Of a stretch of 64,000 nt of DNA, positions 13,401 through 25,353 are shown in pieces. The notes under the pieces were generated by a model, which made no database searches, had not been told where the DNA came from, and saw only the letters and a list, made by a program, of their open reading frames with translations. Numbering within the stretch: position 1 is the stretch's first letter; every line of letters starts with the position of its first letter. Origin of the DNA: Ministeria vibrans ATCC 50519 (Eukaryota; Protista; Filasterea); assembly GCA_943704425.1 (NCBI GenBank), contig CALSCP010001127.1, positions 5,585-69,584 on the forward strand, written 5' to 3'. The translations under genes and the position numbers were made by a program.

Positions 13401-13618
13401 GGAAGCAGTTCGGGTTGACAACTTGTCAAAAGTGCAACACAAAAAAAACACACTCTCTCTCACAGACACGAGAGGCAAAGCAACTTGCCGGAGCGCACAA
13501 CCAAGACGCTAGAGATACCTGACTGCGACCGTGTCGACACGCGCTTGGCCTTCTTCTTGGCACCGTTGGCTTGGGTCACGGCTGGCACGGCCGGAAGGGG
13601 CGCAGGGGCGTCACTCAT
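10497..13618 (-). CDS. CRAMP1: Cramped/CRAMP1/TKI1-like SANT-domain chromatin regulator
   Basis: SANT-like KPWTTDEEQKFLKALDVYGKDFEKI...QVYHYFYR plus the family block VQLIPR...GHNAFLELSVKSSK...FLTKKW. Introns 13061-13518, 11640-11693, 10857-10910. Confidence 0.75.
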
Positions 13619-13834
13619 CCCCGACGAAGCAACAGAGACACAGAGAGAAGGGTTGACGAGAGGGGTTGACGAGCAAACGGACCAGAAGCAGTTTCAGACG
13701 AAGATATTTGATGATGGATTTTGGTGTATTTGGCTGATCGCGGAATTCATTGTAATTCTTCGTCACTCGAATAGGTCAATAGGCTTCTGGCTAGACTCTG
13801 ACAATGGTCAGAACTTGCAGGACTACAACTGAAG

Positions 13835-14090
13835 TTGTTTCATCAAGTGTGGACGGTCGTGCGAACCCGTTTTATCGACGATTGGATTTGCGCGACGGTC
13901 AAAGCGTCGCAACAAGAGTATCAGCTTGTGAATGTTGGAGCGGGGCTGGACACGCGTGCCTTCCGCATGAGCTGCCTTGGTGAGTCACCATCCTCGACAG
14001 CCCTGTGGGAGGTCGACCTGCCCGCTGTAAACGACGTCAAAGCGGACATTCTCTCCCGCCTCAAGCCACAGGCGCTCTGCTCCCGCCACG
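13835..14090 (+). pseudogene. Fragment of an LCM-family (YktD/TIGR00027-type) SAM-dependent methyltransferase
   Basis: VRTRFIDD...QLVNVGAGLDTRAFR...WEVDLPAVNDVKADIL. No in-frame ATG start, and similarity ends abruptly after ALCSRH. Confidence 0.65.
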
Positions 14091-14386
14091 GCGACCGAGC
14101 GTGTCGAGCGCGACTGTCTTTTGGTCGTACCCACTTCGTGTGACGATCAGCGCGTACTGCTGGCCCCGCGAGCGGCCGAGCGCGTGCCCTTGTTGTCGCC
14201 CGATGATGATGACATGGCGTTAATGGTAGGTTTGATAGTACTCTGTGAGGTTGTAATGTGAAAGCAAAATAATATTGAATACTATTTATACTAATAATTT
14301 TTAATAATAATAATAATTAATTTTCGTCCACCGACCCAAATAATAAAAACGACACCATTTCAATTTTTTTTGTCACCCGCTTCACC

Positions 14387-15990
14387 ATGACCACTGTTGA
14401 GGGAGTCAAACACGAAAGTACATGCAGAGAGACGCCCAAATCAGTGGTGGAGTTTGTGGAACTTTGCAAGGCAAAATGCAAAGGATACGATCGCCGTATT
14501 CATTCGTGCCGTCTTCGACTCGCGACGTATTTCCTTCTCGAAGCGCTGAAAGAGGGCCACGACCTCTACGGAGCAACCAGGGATGCAGGGTGTCTGTCAC
14601 GCATTGGTCTGTCTATTGAGGAGCTGCAGGGCCAGGCGGAGGGCGGCGAGCCAGAGGGCGTTCAGACGCAGGATGTTGCCGCGCTCGTCCAGTATGGAAA
14701 GTTTCTGGCCGATCTGCTGCTTGAAGCCGACAACAAGACCGTGTCGCTCTTGGCCGAAAAGTTTCCTTCAGTGGTCATTCGCAACATTCTGGCTGCCGAT
14801 TGCCCTTTCAAGGCGGAGAAAGGCCAGGAGAAATTTTTGTCGGAATATCGTGGGTCGGCTGAGCGAGCGCTCGAACGCGTCGCTCTCGTTGCCAACAAAG
14901 ACATCATTGTGACCAGCACCCTTCTGGAGCACCTCTTCCAACTGTGCGCTGCGTCGACAGTGCGCCCGGTCGTCGTGAAAATTTACACGACTCTGATGCT
15001 ACAGTTTCAGGCGGAAAAAGTTCCCGCGCTCGTCAAGCACCACAATATTGCAACTACTCAAGAAGCTGATTTGGCCATGAAGGCGGCGAGTCTACAAAAG
15101 GGTATTAATGGCCTTGCTCCCTCCGCTGTTTACAAGAAATCCGTCACCACTCGTCTCATCTCGAAGTTGATTGAAGTGTTTTTGACATTCCCACCTGGCA
15201 GCAAACGCCGCGACACGATTCTCAAACGGTCCCAATACTTTGTCCCGGTAGGAGAAAAGAGAAAACATGTTATAATCATAGAAAGAGAAAGATTCATAAT
15301 AATAACAAATAATTATAATATAATTATTATTATTATTATTATTATTATTATAATTATTATAATTATTTTGTTATTTATATGGTGACAGAGGAAAAAAATA
15401 ATTCAGTATTAATTTTTTGTTTTCTTTTATCAGCTTCTCAAGGTGGGCATCCGAGTGATTCGCCAAGACCAGCGTCTGGTGGCAACAATGGTGGATTATC
15501 GTTTTATGGCGATGTTGTTTGAGCAAATGTCGTGCTCAATGACTTCTGCCCACGAAGAAATCATTCTTGTCGCTCTACGCCTGATTGACGAGGTGTTGCT
15601 GGTGAATCGGCGGTTGGATTACGAAGATGTTTGGGACGAAGATATTCGGGGAAAAATTTGTTGCTATAGCTCTCTCTTTGGTCTTTCACATCGGCGACAT
15701 TTCCTGCAGCGTTGCTTTGGTCTTATTCTGGCGGTAAAACCCATGCAATAATATAATAATAATAATTAATGGTATATTAATTATTTGTATTATCATATAA
15801 TTATTATGTATCTCATATATAGGGCGTCAAAAAAAATATGCGTCATATGTCGCGCATGCTGAAAGAGCACCTGCGGCACATTTCTTTTGCGATTGCAAGC
15901 TTCTGTGGCCTCGAGCGGAATCGTGCGACAGTCGATGCGATCAACGGAGTATTCAGCGACCATTCGCGATACTGGAGCTATAAGGAAAAT
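14387..15990 (+). CDS. Orphan, probably alpha-helical protein; 3' end lost in a gap
   Basis: Long ORF. Introns 15248-15433 and 15734-15822 splice in frame, and the last exon runs into the N gap at 15991. Confidence 0.65.
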
Positions 15991-16172
15991 NNNNNNNNNN
16001 NNNNNNNNNNNNNNNNNNNNNNNNNNNNNNNNNNNNNNNNNNNNNNNNNNNNNNNNNNNNNNNNNNNNNNNNNNNNNNNNNNNNNNNNNNNNNNNNNNNN
16101 NNNNNNNNNNNNNNTTCAATAATAATTAATTCTAAATAATTAATAATTAATTTATTATTATACTTTACTGAC

Positions 16173-18290
16173 ATGAAACGACATCAGTCGGACAGGTGGG
16201 CGAACGCTATCAAGCGATTGAATGGGCCCCGGCCCGTTCTTTTTTGTTCGTCTCATAGCAACGCAATTTGTGTTCTGAGTAGAGACCGAGAGCGGCGCCC
16301 AATCCGATACACATGCTGTCACTCCAACACTATTGCCGATGTGCTTGAAGCTCGAGGCTGGCAAAGCGTCGGGTGGCAGACTGGGGCGTACGTCGAGATC
16401 TCAAGGAGACAACACCGCACAAGCAACGTTTTAACCATTTTAATGCACTCGTCTCTCGTTATCGCTCGCCTCAGGACCGACTGGGACCTAGGTTGGATGG
16501 ACATTGCATGGATCCGAGAGTCCATGGACAAGACACACTTGCACGAGCACCAGCGAGTCAATCACTTTCGAAACCATTTCGAGCTGACCAAAAAGAATCT
16601 CATGTTTAAAAACATCAAACGCCACCGCCGTCTGGTCGAAAGGGATGACGGCAAAGAGGCCGCTGTCGAGTTTGACATCATCCCCACGACCTTTGAGCTG
16701 CCTGCCGAGTACGCCATGTTTGTCGAGGAGTTCAAGCGATGTCCGTCAACACCGTGGATCATGAAGCCCGTCGGAAGTAGCCAAGGGAAAGGTTGATCGG
16801 TGAAATATATATATTCTTGAAGGAGAACATCTGTTAACCATTTATGTATTAATATTATAGGCATCTTTCTCATCAACAAGCTCAGTCAAATTCAAGAATG
16901 GAAGCGTGACAGTCGCTTCAGTGGACCCAGTTCAACCGCAGCAACCACAACCGCAGGCGCTGTCACATCGCCCGACACACCTCCCGTCCAGCCCAACTAC
17001 ATTGTTCAACGTTACATTCCTCACCCCTACCTCATTGGTAATCCGCAGCAATAATAATTTAATTATAATAATAATATTTTTTGAGTTTTTGATGACCATG
17101 ATCAATAATTAATATTATACTATTCAGGCGGCAAAAAGTTTGACCTTCGAGTGTATGTGCTTGTGCTGTCGTTCACTCCGCTGACGGTCTGGATCCACCG
17201 CTGTGGCTTTGCCCGCTTTACAGGCACTCCTTACTCGGCTGATCTCTCTCAACTTGACAATGTTTGTACGGCGTCGACGACCGTTCCCTCAAAAAAGTTT
17301 AATTTTTGCGTGTGTGTCAACGTCTCATTTTGGTGTCTGCTGGTAGATATGCATTTGACGAACAATGCGATTCAGAAGACGTCAGCGGACTACAACGCAG
17401 AAGGAGCAAAGTGGTCGTTGCACCAGCTGAGACTCTATCTGATGGCCCGACATGGACACAGTAATTAATTATATTATATCAATTCTATTATCTTTCGTAG
17501 AGTTGACATTGATTGGCTTGTGATGGACTGCCAACTATTTTGAATTGATTAATATTGACGTTGGGACTCACTGTGACGGACTGCGCAGATTGAATCAATT
17601 TACACCATACCTAATTACTGTTGTATTGTAGAGAGGACAGTGGAGGTGTTCAATGCTATGCAGGATACCATTGTAGCGAGTCTCAAGAGTGTCCAGCGAG
17701 TCATCATAAGCGACAAGCACTGTTTTGAGCTGTATGGGTTTGATCTGCTGTTGGACTCAAAGCTCAAGTGTTGGCTCATTGAGGTACCAAACTGGAAGCA
17801 AGCTGTGACGTTTTCTATTCTGCTTTGTCGAATCAATATTAACTCGTCTGGTTCTTGTGCCTTCCGTTTCGGATTCATCTAGGTCAATTCGTCTCCGTCA
17901 CTCAGTGCGTCCTCTGCCACTGACTACGCGCTCAAATTTGGACTGCTTGACGACACCTTGCGCGTCATTGATATGGAAGGGCGTTACGCCCACTCCCGCA
18001 CAACGCACTCCCACTCACAGTCCGACTCTGCGTGTGACTTGGAGCCGACGCGCATTGGCTGCTTCGATCGGATGTGTTTCGCGGAAGACAAGTCCATTAT
18101 CGGCGATTCAATGATGGGACTGAAAGAACACCGACCGGACGACGGAGACGTCCTCCAATTCGATCGAGCAAAGATCCAACGGAAGTTTGCTCAAGTCACA
18201 AGTGAGACGACGAATGGGGAGCGTGCAAAGGAGCAAGAAACGAGAAGAACTACTGGGGGTGCCTGTGAAACGACTGAGCCCAACGAATGA
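16173..18290 (+). CDS. TTLL9: Tubulin polyglutamylase TTLL9
   Basis: [87 protein letters not shown]. Seven introns. Confidence 0.9.
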
Positions 18291-18338
18291 CATGAGGGAA
18301 GCAAACGATGTCGAAAAAGGTGTGTGAAAGTGAGCTTG

Positions 18339-19074
18339 TTAGGTTTGAGTGTACAATTGGTCATATTGCGTCTGGGTGGTGTCGGACGGAAAGAAACGCG
18401 AAAAGGGCGCGGACGGGTCGCGCGCAGCAGTCTCATACGCTAGCAGACGCTCAGCATACGATTCATGGTCATACTACAAATAGGAGAGAGAGAAAGAATG
18501 TATGAGAATAAGACAATAAATTTCAAAATAAGTATAATGGGTACATTGTAAGGGATTGTTCCGCCGTATCGCTCTTCCAGCTGATCGCGGTCAATGTACT
18601 TGAGCAAATCCTCGTCGCTTGTACAGAAAAACAGCTTGTCTTTCGTCTTGGGGTCCAGAAACGCTAAATACATATAATAATATTATTATAATATTATTAG
18701 GAACACAAAACACAATACTATCTATCGTACGAGAGACTGCTTTGAAGGCCATTCGGAAGACCCAGGGCGCATTCAAATACAAAGCCTGTGCTCGAAATAG
18801 AAGGGGGTGAGCTTCGGGGGTTCAGACACGAAAGGTATTCTTTACCTTTCCCAGTCGCTCGGGAAAGTGATTTTGGAGCGTCTTGACAAGGTCAATGGCA
18901 AAGGCAATGCTTCCGTTGTAGTGCATGTTGTAACCGCCCAAGTCGCACAACCACGTCATCTTCTCCACACCCTCGCGCTGACTCATAGACCAACTCGCCT
19001 GTTCAATGTTGTATACCATAAAGTGAAGCTAAAGAGAGAGAAAAAAGAAAGAGAAAGAAACGAAGCGACAAAAA

Positions 19075-19173
<99 letters not shown>

Positions 19174-19879
19174 AAGAAACAAAATAAAATTACTATTAGT
19201 GACAAAAGAGGGGAAGAAGGGATGGAGAAAGAAACAACAAAGTGAACCGGGTTTTATAATACCTTTTCTTTGTTGGTCTTCTTCACATCGTGCTGGTGCG
19301 TTCCCAGTACAATGACGGGTCGTTTGTTGCGATCGTATCCATGCGAGTACATCTTCCCCTCGGACATGAGGTCGTTAATGTACTCGTCCTACACACCCAA
19401 ACAAAGCGTGCGCAGTCAACGAGCAACACAACACACAACACACAGCGCAACACAACAACACAACACATCAAACGTACTTTAATTGACAATTCGTCGATTT
19501 TCTCGTCGTCACGCCACTGAAGAGTCGCTCGCAACATACGCGTACTCTTCACCAGATTGTAGTCGCGCGCGCGCAAATAGCGCAGAAGTGTCATATCATC
19601 GCAAAACTTGCGGTCCTACAATCCAATAATAAAATAATTAACATCTCTCTCTCTCTCTCTTTGCGCAAAGCCGCTGCAGCGCACCAAGTCAGTCAAGACG
19701 CGAGTGGTCTGGTCGCTCTCGACAATCCCGTCGTCCTCAGGCGTGCCAGACCCGCCCACCCGCGCAATGAAGGCAGCGTCGTCCGACAGCCGTCCCGAGG
19801 CCACCAGGCGCCGCAGCGCGTCAAACGCCGCAGCTTGCTCCTCCGTCAGACCTTCCCGCGGGTTGAACGCTTCACTCAT
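18339..19879 (-). CDS. CRAL-TRIO/Sec14-like lipid transfer protein
   Basis: DDMTLLRYLRARDYN, LQNHFPERLGK, NAPWVF...PFLDPKTKDK, DQLEERYGG. Six introns. Confidence 0.9.
19079..19170. repeat. (GA)n microsatellite in an intron
   Basis: Seen directly. Confidence 0.97.
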
Positions 19880-20102
19880 GACCGTTGCTTGATTGATATC
19901 AGTTATTTCTGTGATTTTTCAAACTCTTTCGAATTGAATGATCGAAAATTATTATAGGATTTACTCAACACGACTGAAATTATTGCGTCGCTCTGGTTTG
20001 GGTTCTTGGACCTTGCTCAAACATGTGTTTGCTTCTATTGTTGTATTCACTTCGCTCTCTATACAAAAAAATCTCTCTCTCAAAAAACCCAAACAAAAGG
20101 CA

Positions 20103-23100
20103 TCAGGCGAGAAGGGACAGCAGCTGCTGCAGCAGCGCAATGCAGGTGTCGGCGCCGGCTCGCTTGAAGATGAGAGCCTGGCTCTTCATGTAGTTGAGAA
20201 GCTTGCGGTTGCGGCCCATGACGGTGTCGAGGGAGCGGATGTGGGCAATGCGCTCGGGAGTGGTGCAGAGGGAGAGGAGCAGACGGCAGACGCGCGAGAA
20301 AATGTCGGGACGGTCGCGACGCATCTGGAGCACTTCACACATCTTGTTCACCGAGTCGGGCTCGTTGAAGACGGCCTCGGGGCAAAAGCGAGCAAGGTTG
20401 TTAAGGATGTTGATGGCAATCTTGACCACTTCCATGGCGGGCACACTGCGGTTGCTGTTGATCATGAGCTCCAGGATGATCTTTACCGCGTTTTGACGGC
20501 ACACCATACGCTCGCAGCAGGCACGCCAATTGCTCGCAACCTCAAGTGTCTGGCATGCACGCAGCAGTGCCGACATGGTTGTCGTCTTGAGCAGATCATC
20601 AAGCTTGCGCACCTCCTTGCTGGGCGCCAGAACCGTGAGAGCAACACGCGTGCGCTCGCTGAGAGTGTCACAGGGACGCGCCTTGGCGGTGGCGGTCGCA
20701 ATACGCGCGCGGAGCGTGCGCAGCTGCGTCTGTATCTGCTTAGACAGACACGCACGGGCAGCGCGAGCACGCCACCGCGACTGGATGACGATAGCAGCGT
20801 GGCGCACCTGCACGCAGTGGCGATACCATTGCTGAATGCGCGTGGCAGCAGCGACGCGGGTTTGGTGCGACAAAGACTGATCACGGTGGGTGCGGTAGAC
20901 GCGTTGAAGCACCGTCGCCGCATGGCGCAGGGCCAAGAAGCGGATGCGCTGCTGGCGACCACGAAACCATGCCTGGATGCAAGTGGCGGCCGAGCGCTGA
21001 GTGCGCAAAGCGCGTGCGCGAGCATACGCAATGAACGTTCGCAAGGCACTCTGCAGCACAAGTGTGGTGTGCAATTGACGCAGGTGGGCAAGTTCACGGC
21101 GAGCAATGAAACAACGCACAGCACACTGGATGGTCACGGCAGAGCGCACCTCGAGAGCACTGTGGCGCAGTGTTGCAAGCGCACAGCGAGCCCAGTAGCC
21201 GCGCAAAGCACACTGGATGGTCATGGCAGCGCAGACACGACGCGTTTCGCGCAGCGCAGCGAGTTTGCGGTGGGCACAAAGACCACGGAATGCACACTGA
21301 ATAGTAATGGCGGCGGTGAAGCGACGACTGTGGCGCAGCGAGGCAAGTGTCGTGCGAGCCATGTAGCAGCGGAAGGCAGATTGGATGAGCAGGGCAGAAT
21401 GGTGCTCGAGAGCACTGTGGTCGCGTGCCACCTTGGCTGAGCGCAGAGCGGCGAGTTGTCGGCGTGCGATCATGCAGCGGAAGGCGCACTGGATAGTGAT
21501 GGCTGCACACAGGTGAACNNNNNGCAGCGGAAGGCGCACTGGATAGTGATGGCTGCACACAGGTGAGCCTTGGACTGGCGCAGAGCGGCGAGTTGTCGGT
21601 GTGCAAGCATAGAGCGGAAGGCGCACTGAATGATGATAGCGGCTTGATTGCGCATGAGGTGAGTGTCACGCATAAGACGCACTGTGGTGCGCGCACAGTA
21701 AATACGAAAGGCACATTGGATGGTAAGCGCCGCCGTGTTATGAACGAGACGGGCTGCGCGCAGACGGACAAGCTCGCGCTTGGCCGAGTGGACACGGAAG
21801 GCACCCTGGATGATGGTGGCGGCGCAATGCTCGCGACGGAGACGGGTAAGCGCACGCTGAGCCCACCACACACGGAAAGCACCCTGAATGACGGTGGCGG
21901 CGTGATGCTCGAGACGGAGATGGGCAAGCACACGCTGAGCCCGCCACACACGGAAAGCACCCTGAATGACGCTGGCCGAGTGACTCTCGAGAGCAATGCG
22001 TTGTGCCCGCTTGGCACGGAGCAGCGCCACCTGCTTGTGGGCGAGTGCAAAGCGCACGACCGATTGGAGCACTGTTACCGCTTGCACACGTGCCTTTTCC
22101 TGCACTTGTCGCTCACGCACCTGCTCACTGCTCTCCTTAAGTTGCACCAGCTTCTTGACGGCACTGCGTCGTCGCACTGCGCACTGCAAAACCACAACGG
22201 CATCCTCAATCTTCTTCTGCTCGTGCTGCATCTCCTCCGTCTCGCGCGCCTTGCGCTCCTGCTCCGCTTGCATCTCCTTGCGCTGCTTGAGCTCAGCCAA
22301 CAGTCGAGAGCGCAGCAGACGATTGGACTTGCGGCGACGCCATGCCGCCTGGAGGACACTGGCGGCGCGTGTCTCGGCGCTGAGGGCAAGAAGACGCGAT
22401 GCGAGGAAGGCAACACAGGTAATCACACAGCGCTCTTCGGGGAGCTCGCCGTGCGGCGAGTGACGCACCAGGCTGGGCACGCCGCCAAGATGCTTCACGG
22501 CCGTGTTGAGCAGCTTGAAGTTGTGTCTTTCGTTTGTGGCACGTCTCTTGCCGCCCTGGCCACCGGGGAAGTTTGTGCCGGGCGAGTAGGCGGCAAGGTA
22601 GGTGTTCTTGGTAGACGTACAGTGGGTCGGCGTGGACTCGGGTGAAGGCACGCGCGACGTGTTGGTGTCGCTGCGGATGGTGTCGAGAGGCAGCAGAGCT
22701 GGATGGTAGAAGTTGACGAGCAGGCACAGTGCGCGACCGTCGGCAAAACTCGCCGTAAAGTTGTTGATGGCAACGCCACGCACTGCACAAACACTGGCGA
22801 CCCACTGGAGAAGCAGGCCCAGATGCGCATTGCTGAGGTAGAGCATCTCGAGCGTTTCGAGCGTCTCGCGCGCGATGCTGTGGCGCAATTGCAGTCGCTG
22901 CACTTCGCTGCGGAGTTGCTCCACATTGACAAGCTGAGAGAACTGTAGATGAAGCATGGTTCGCCAGAGCAGCTCGAGCGTCACCTCTCGATGGCCCTCG
23001 ACAATGTCAACGCTGCGAATGCCCGACAGGACTACTCCGCTCTGACGCAGTCGCTTCAGCGACACTTCAACGTTGTGCTTGCGACGCTCCTTGTCACTGG

Positions 23101-25071
23101 CAGGCACACGCAGCTCACGTCCAAGCTCACCGGGCGCCAGAGCAAGCAACAGCTCCACCAGGCGACATAGACGCACGCCGTCACGTAGACTCGTCTGTAG
23201 CGACTCAAGCGAGTAGTCATACTCATCCAGGCTTGTCTGCACATGTTCCACGACGTAGCCGCATTGACGACGCAACAAAGCCACCAGATCACCTGCACGT
23301 GCACTCAGATAGTCGGCACAGATGCGACGCAGAACTGCCTCGCTCGACTTGACGGAAGCACGCATGGCAAAGAGACAAGGGTCGCCGGGCAGGAGACGCG
23401 CGCGCTTGGCCCGGTCCAGAAACAGCACCAGCACCAGCATCTTCTTGAGCGCGTGACGGGCACCCTCGTCGGACGACGCAAGCGCAGCACTGCTGGCAGC
23501 ACTATCGCGAGTGGCGGACACGTTTGCATTGGTGTAGGACCAGCCCATAAGAGCGGCGCGCGACACTCGCGAATCGCGCAGGAGATGTGTGTTAATGAAG
23601 TCGACAAGCACTGTTCGCTCTGCTTCGTCTGCATCATCTGCAGTGGCACTGGCGCGAGGGATAATCTTGCCAAAGACAGTTTCGAGGCCGAGACGCAGCC
23701 AGACAGACGCGTAGGAGGTGAGCAAGTTGAGGACCTCGTCGCGTACACGCACGTCGCGTGCAAGACTCATCTTGGGCGACACGGCAATTTTGCCATCGTC
23801 AACATGCGACTCAACATTGCGGCGCACCGGCGCGACTTCGGCCGACTGGAAGAGGGTGCACGCGCGACGGTGGAGCACAGCAAGGTCACGAATGGCAGTG
23901 TAGCCGACGAGGGTATCGTCGCTGTCGCTCGCTGCGCGTGTCGGCGGGCACAGCAGAAACTTGACCCAATTGGTAAAGCCTCGCTCCTGCTTGTCTTTCC
24001 AATCGTCGTCGTAGCAGCTACTGTGAGCAGCGAAAGGCTGTCGTACGGGCGTTGCCGTCGGCTTGCCCCTCGCCGACTTGCTCGCGGTGGGCTGGAGGCG
24101 CAGACGAGTGCCGGCCATCTTGGACTGGGGCAGGGCAATCTTCCGTCGGGAGGGCGACGAGCGCTTGGCTGCGGCGGTTCCTCTGGTGAGCGCAAAGGGC
24201 GTCGTGGGCTTCTTGGTGGTGGTTGCGGGTGCGTTGAGACGCACTATGTTCTTGTTGGCCAGCACCTGTCGCTTGGGCGGCGACTGCGACGGCTCGCCCT
24301 TGCGCTTGCGTGCCCCATCGGCAACTGCTTCGCCCACAAAGAACGCCTGCAAGTGGACGTGGTTGCGCCCACGGAAGCGCGCAAAGTACGCCTTCTTGCC
24401 GGCCTTCTCGGGAACCCATGTCACTGTCAGCTCCAGCGACGCATTCGCCGCGACCGTCATCTTGCGGCACGACCCACAGTCCAGCGGCGCCTGTGTGGGC
24501 TGCGACACCGTCACACCGAAGCCAGCATCAAACGGAAAGGTCTGCGAAAGATTTTGTATTAATTTTTCAAAAAATCGAAATTCAAAAAAACTCAACTTTG
24601 AGTTTGGGGGAAATGCGACAAATGACGGTCTATTTGACCAGGATAGGGGGTGTGATGGAGATATACCAGGGTAATGGAAGTAATGGCAGTGTATGTGTAT
24701 CGGGAAAAAACAGCAGGAGCGACGGACAAACAATTCGCGCGAGATCAAAAAAAAAAAAAAAAAAAAAAAAAAAACGAAGTAGAAATCACCTCAAGTTCAA
24801 GAGGATGGTCTGTGGTGGCGTCGTTGACAATGACAAGGGTGCGGGACGCAGCAGCGCCCACGCGGACGCGGCCAAACTCCAGGGTCGCCTTCTCCTGGAA
24901 GAGACCGATCCGGAGAAACGCCGGCGGAGTGTGCGCGGACGCGTTTCTGGGTGCGGAGGGGGCGACGGAGGGCGCGCAGGGGACTGTGAAGGTCTCTGTG
25001 GGCTGCAGGGTAGCATGGCCGACCGAGGGGGGCACAGGTCGGTCGAGGAGAATGCTGTTTTCCTTTTCCAT
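20103..25071 (-). CDS. ASPM: Abnormal spindle-like protein (ASH domain, CH domains, IQ repeats, C-terminal ARM-like region)
   Basis: KQERGFTNWV, WLRLGLETVFG, LRDGVRLCRLVE, IVEGHREVTLELLW, NFTASFADGRALCLL and many IQxxxR repeats. Intron 24542-24789. The frame break at the 5-N gap (21519-21523) is probably artefactual. Confidence 0.9.
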
Positions 25072-25090
25072 AATGAATAAAAATTAAAAA

Positions 25091-25098
25091 GAGTGATT
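25091..25098 (-). promoter_or_regulatory. Recurrent AATCACTC initiator-like core promoter motif
   Basis: The same 8-mer occurs at 6177-6184, 7672-7679, 25091-25098 and 38983-38990. Three of the four lie in sense orientation 20-90 nt upstream of an ATG (ASCC3, ASPM, glycosyltransferase). Confidence 0.35.
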
Positions 25099-25353
25099 AA
25101 GTTTTAAATTTTTTCGTCTTGAAAATCTGATTATTTTCTTAAAAGTAAATGTGAAACGTGAAAAATCATAAGTAAGAATGGAATTAATTACAAAGTCTGC
25201 AAAGATGAAAGATCACAGATCTCCCTATTCTCCTAGACTCTATTTACTCTAACAAAATAAGCATTGTTAATAAGTTCGTTCTGTAAAATATTATGAATCC
25301 TTTCTCCATATTTTGTCTTCTCCTTTGTTGACCTTTTTTTATAATTATGTTTA

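Noticed and set aside
21474-21566. Apparent frameshift in ASPM
   Set aside because: A 43-bp sequence is duplicated on both sides of a 5-N gap inside the IQ repeat array. This is typical of a contig-overlap artefact, not programmed frameshifting.
24600-24745. Possible snoRNA in the ASPM intron
   Set aside because: The composition is unusual, but I found no C/D or H/ACA boxes and no convincing stems.
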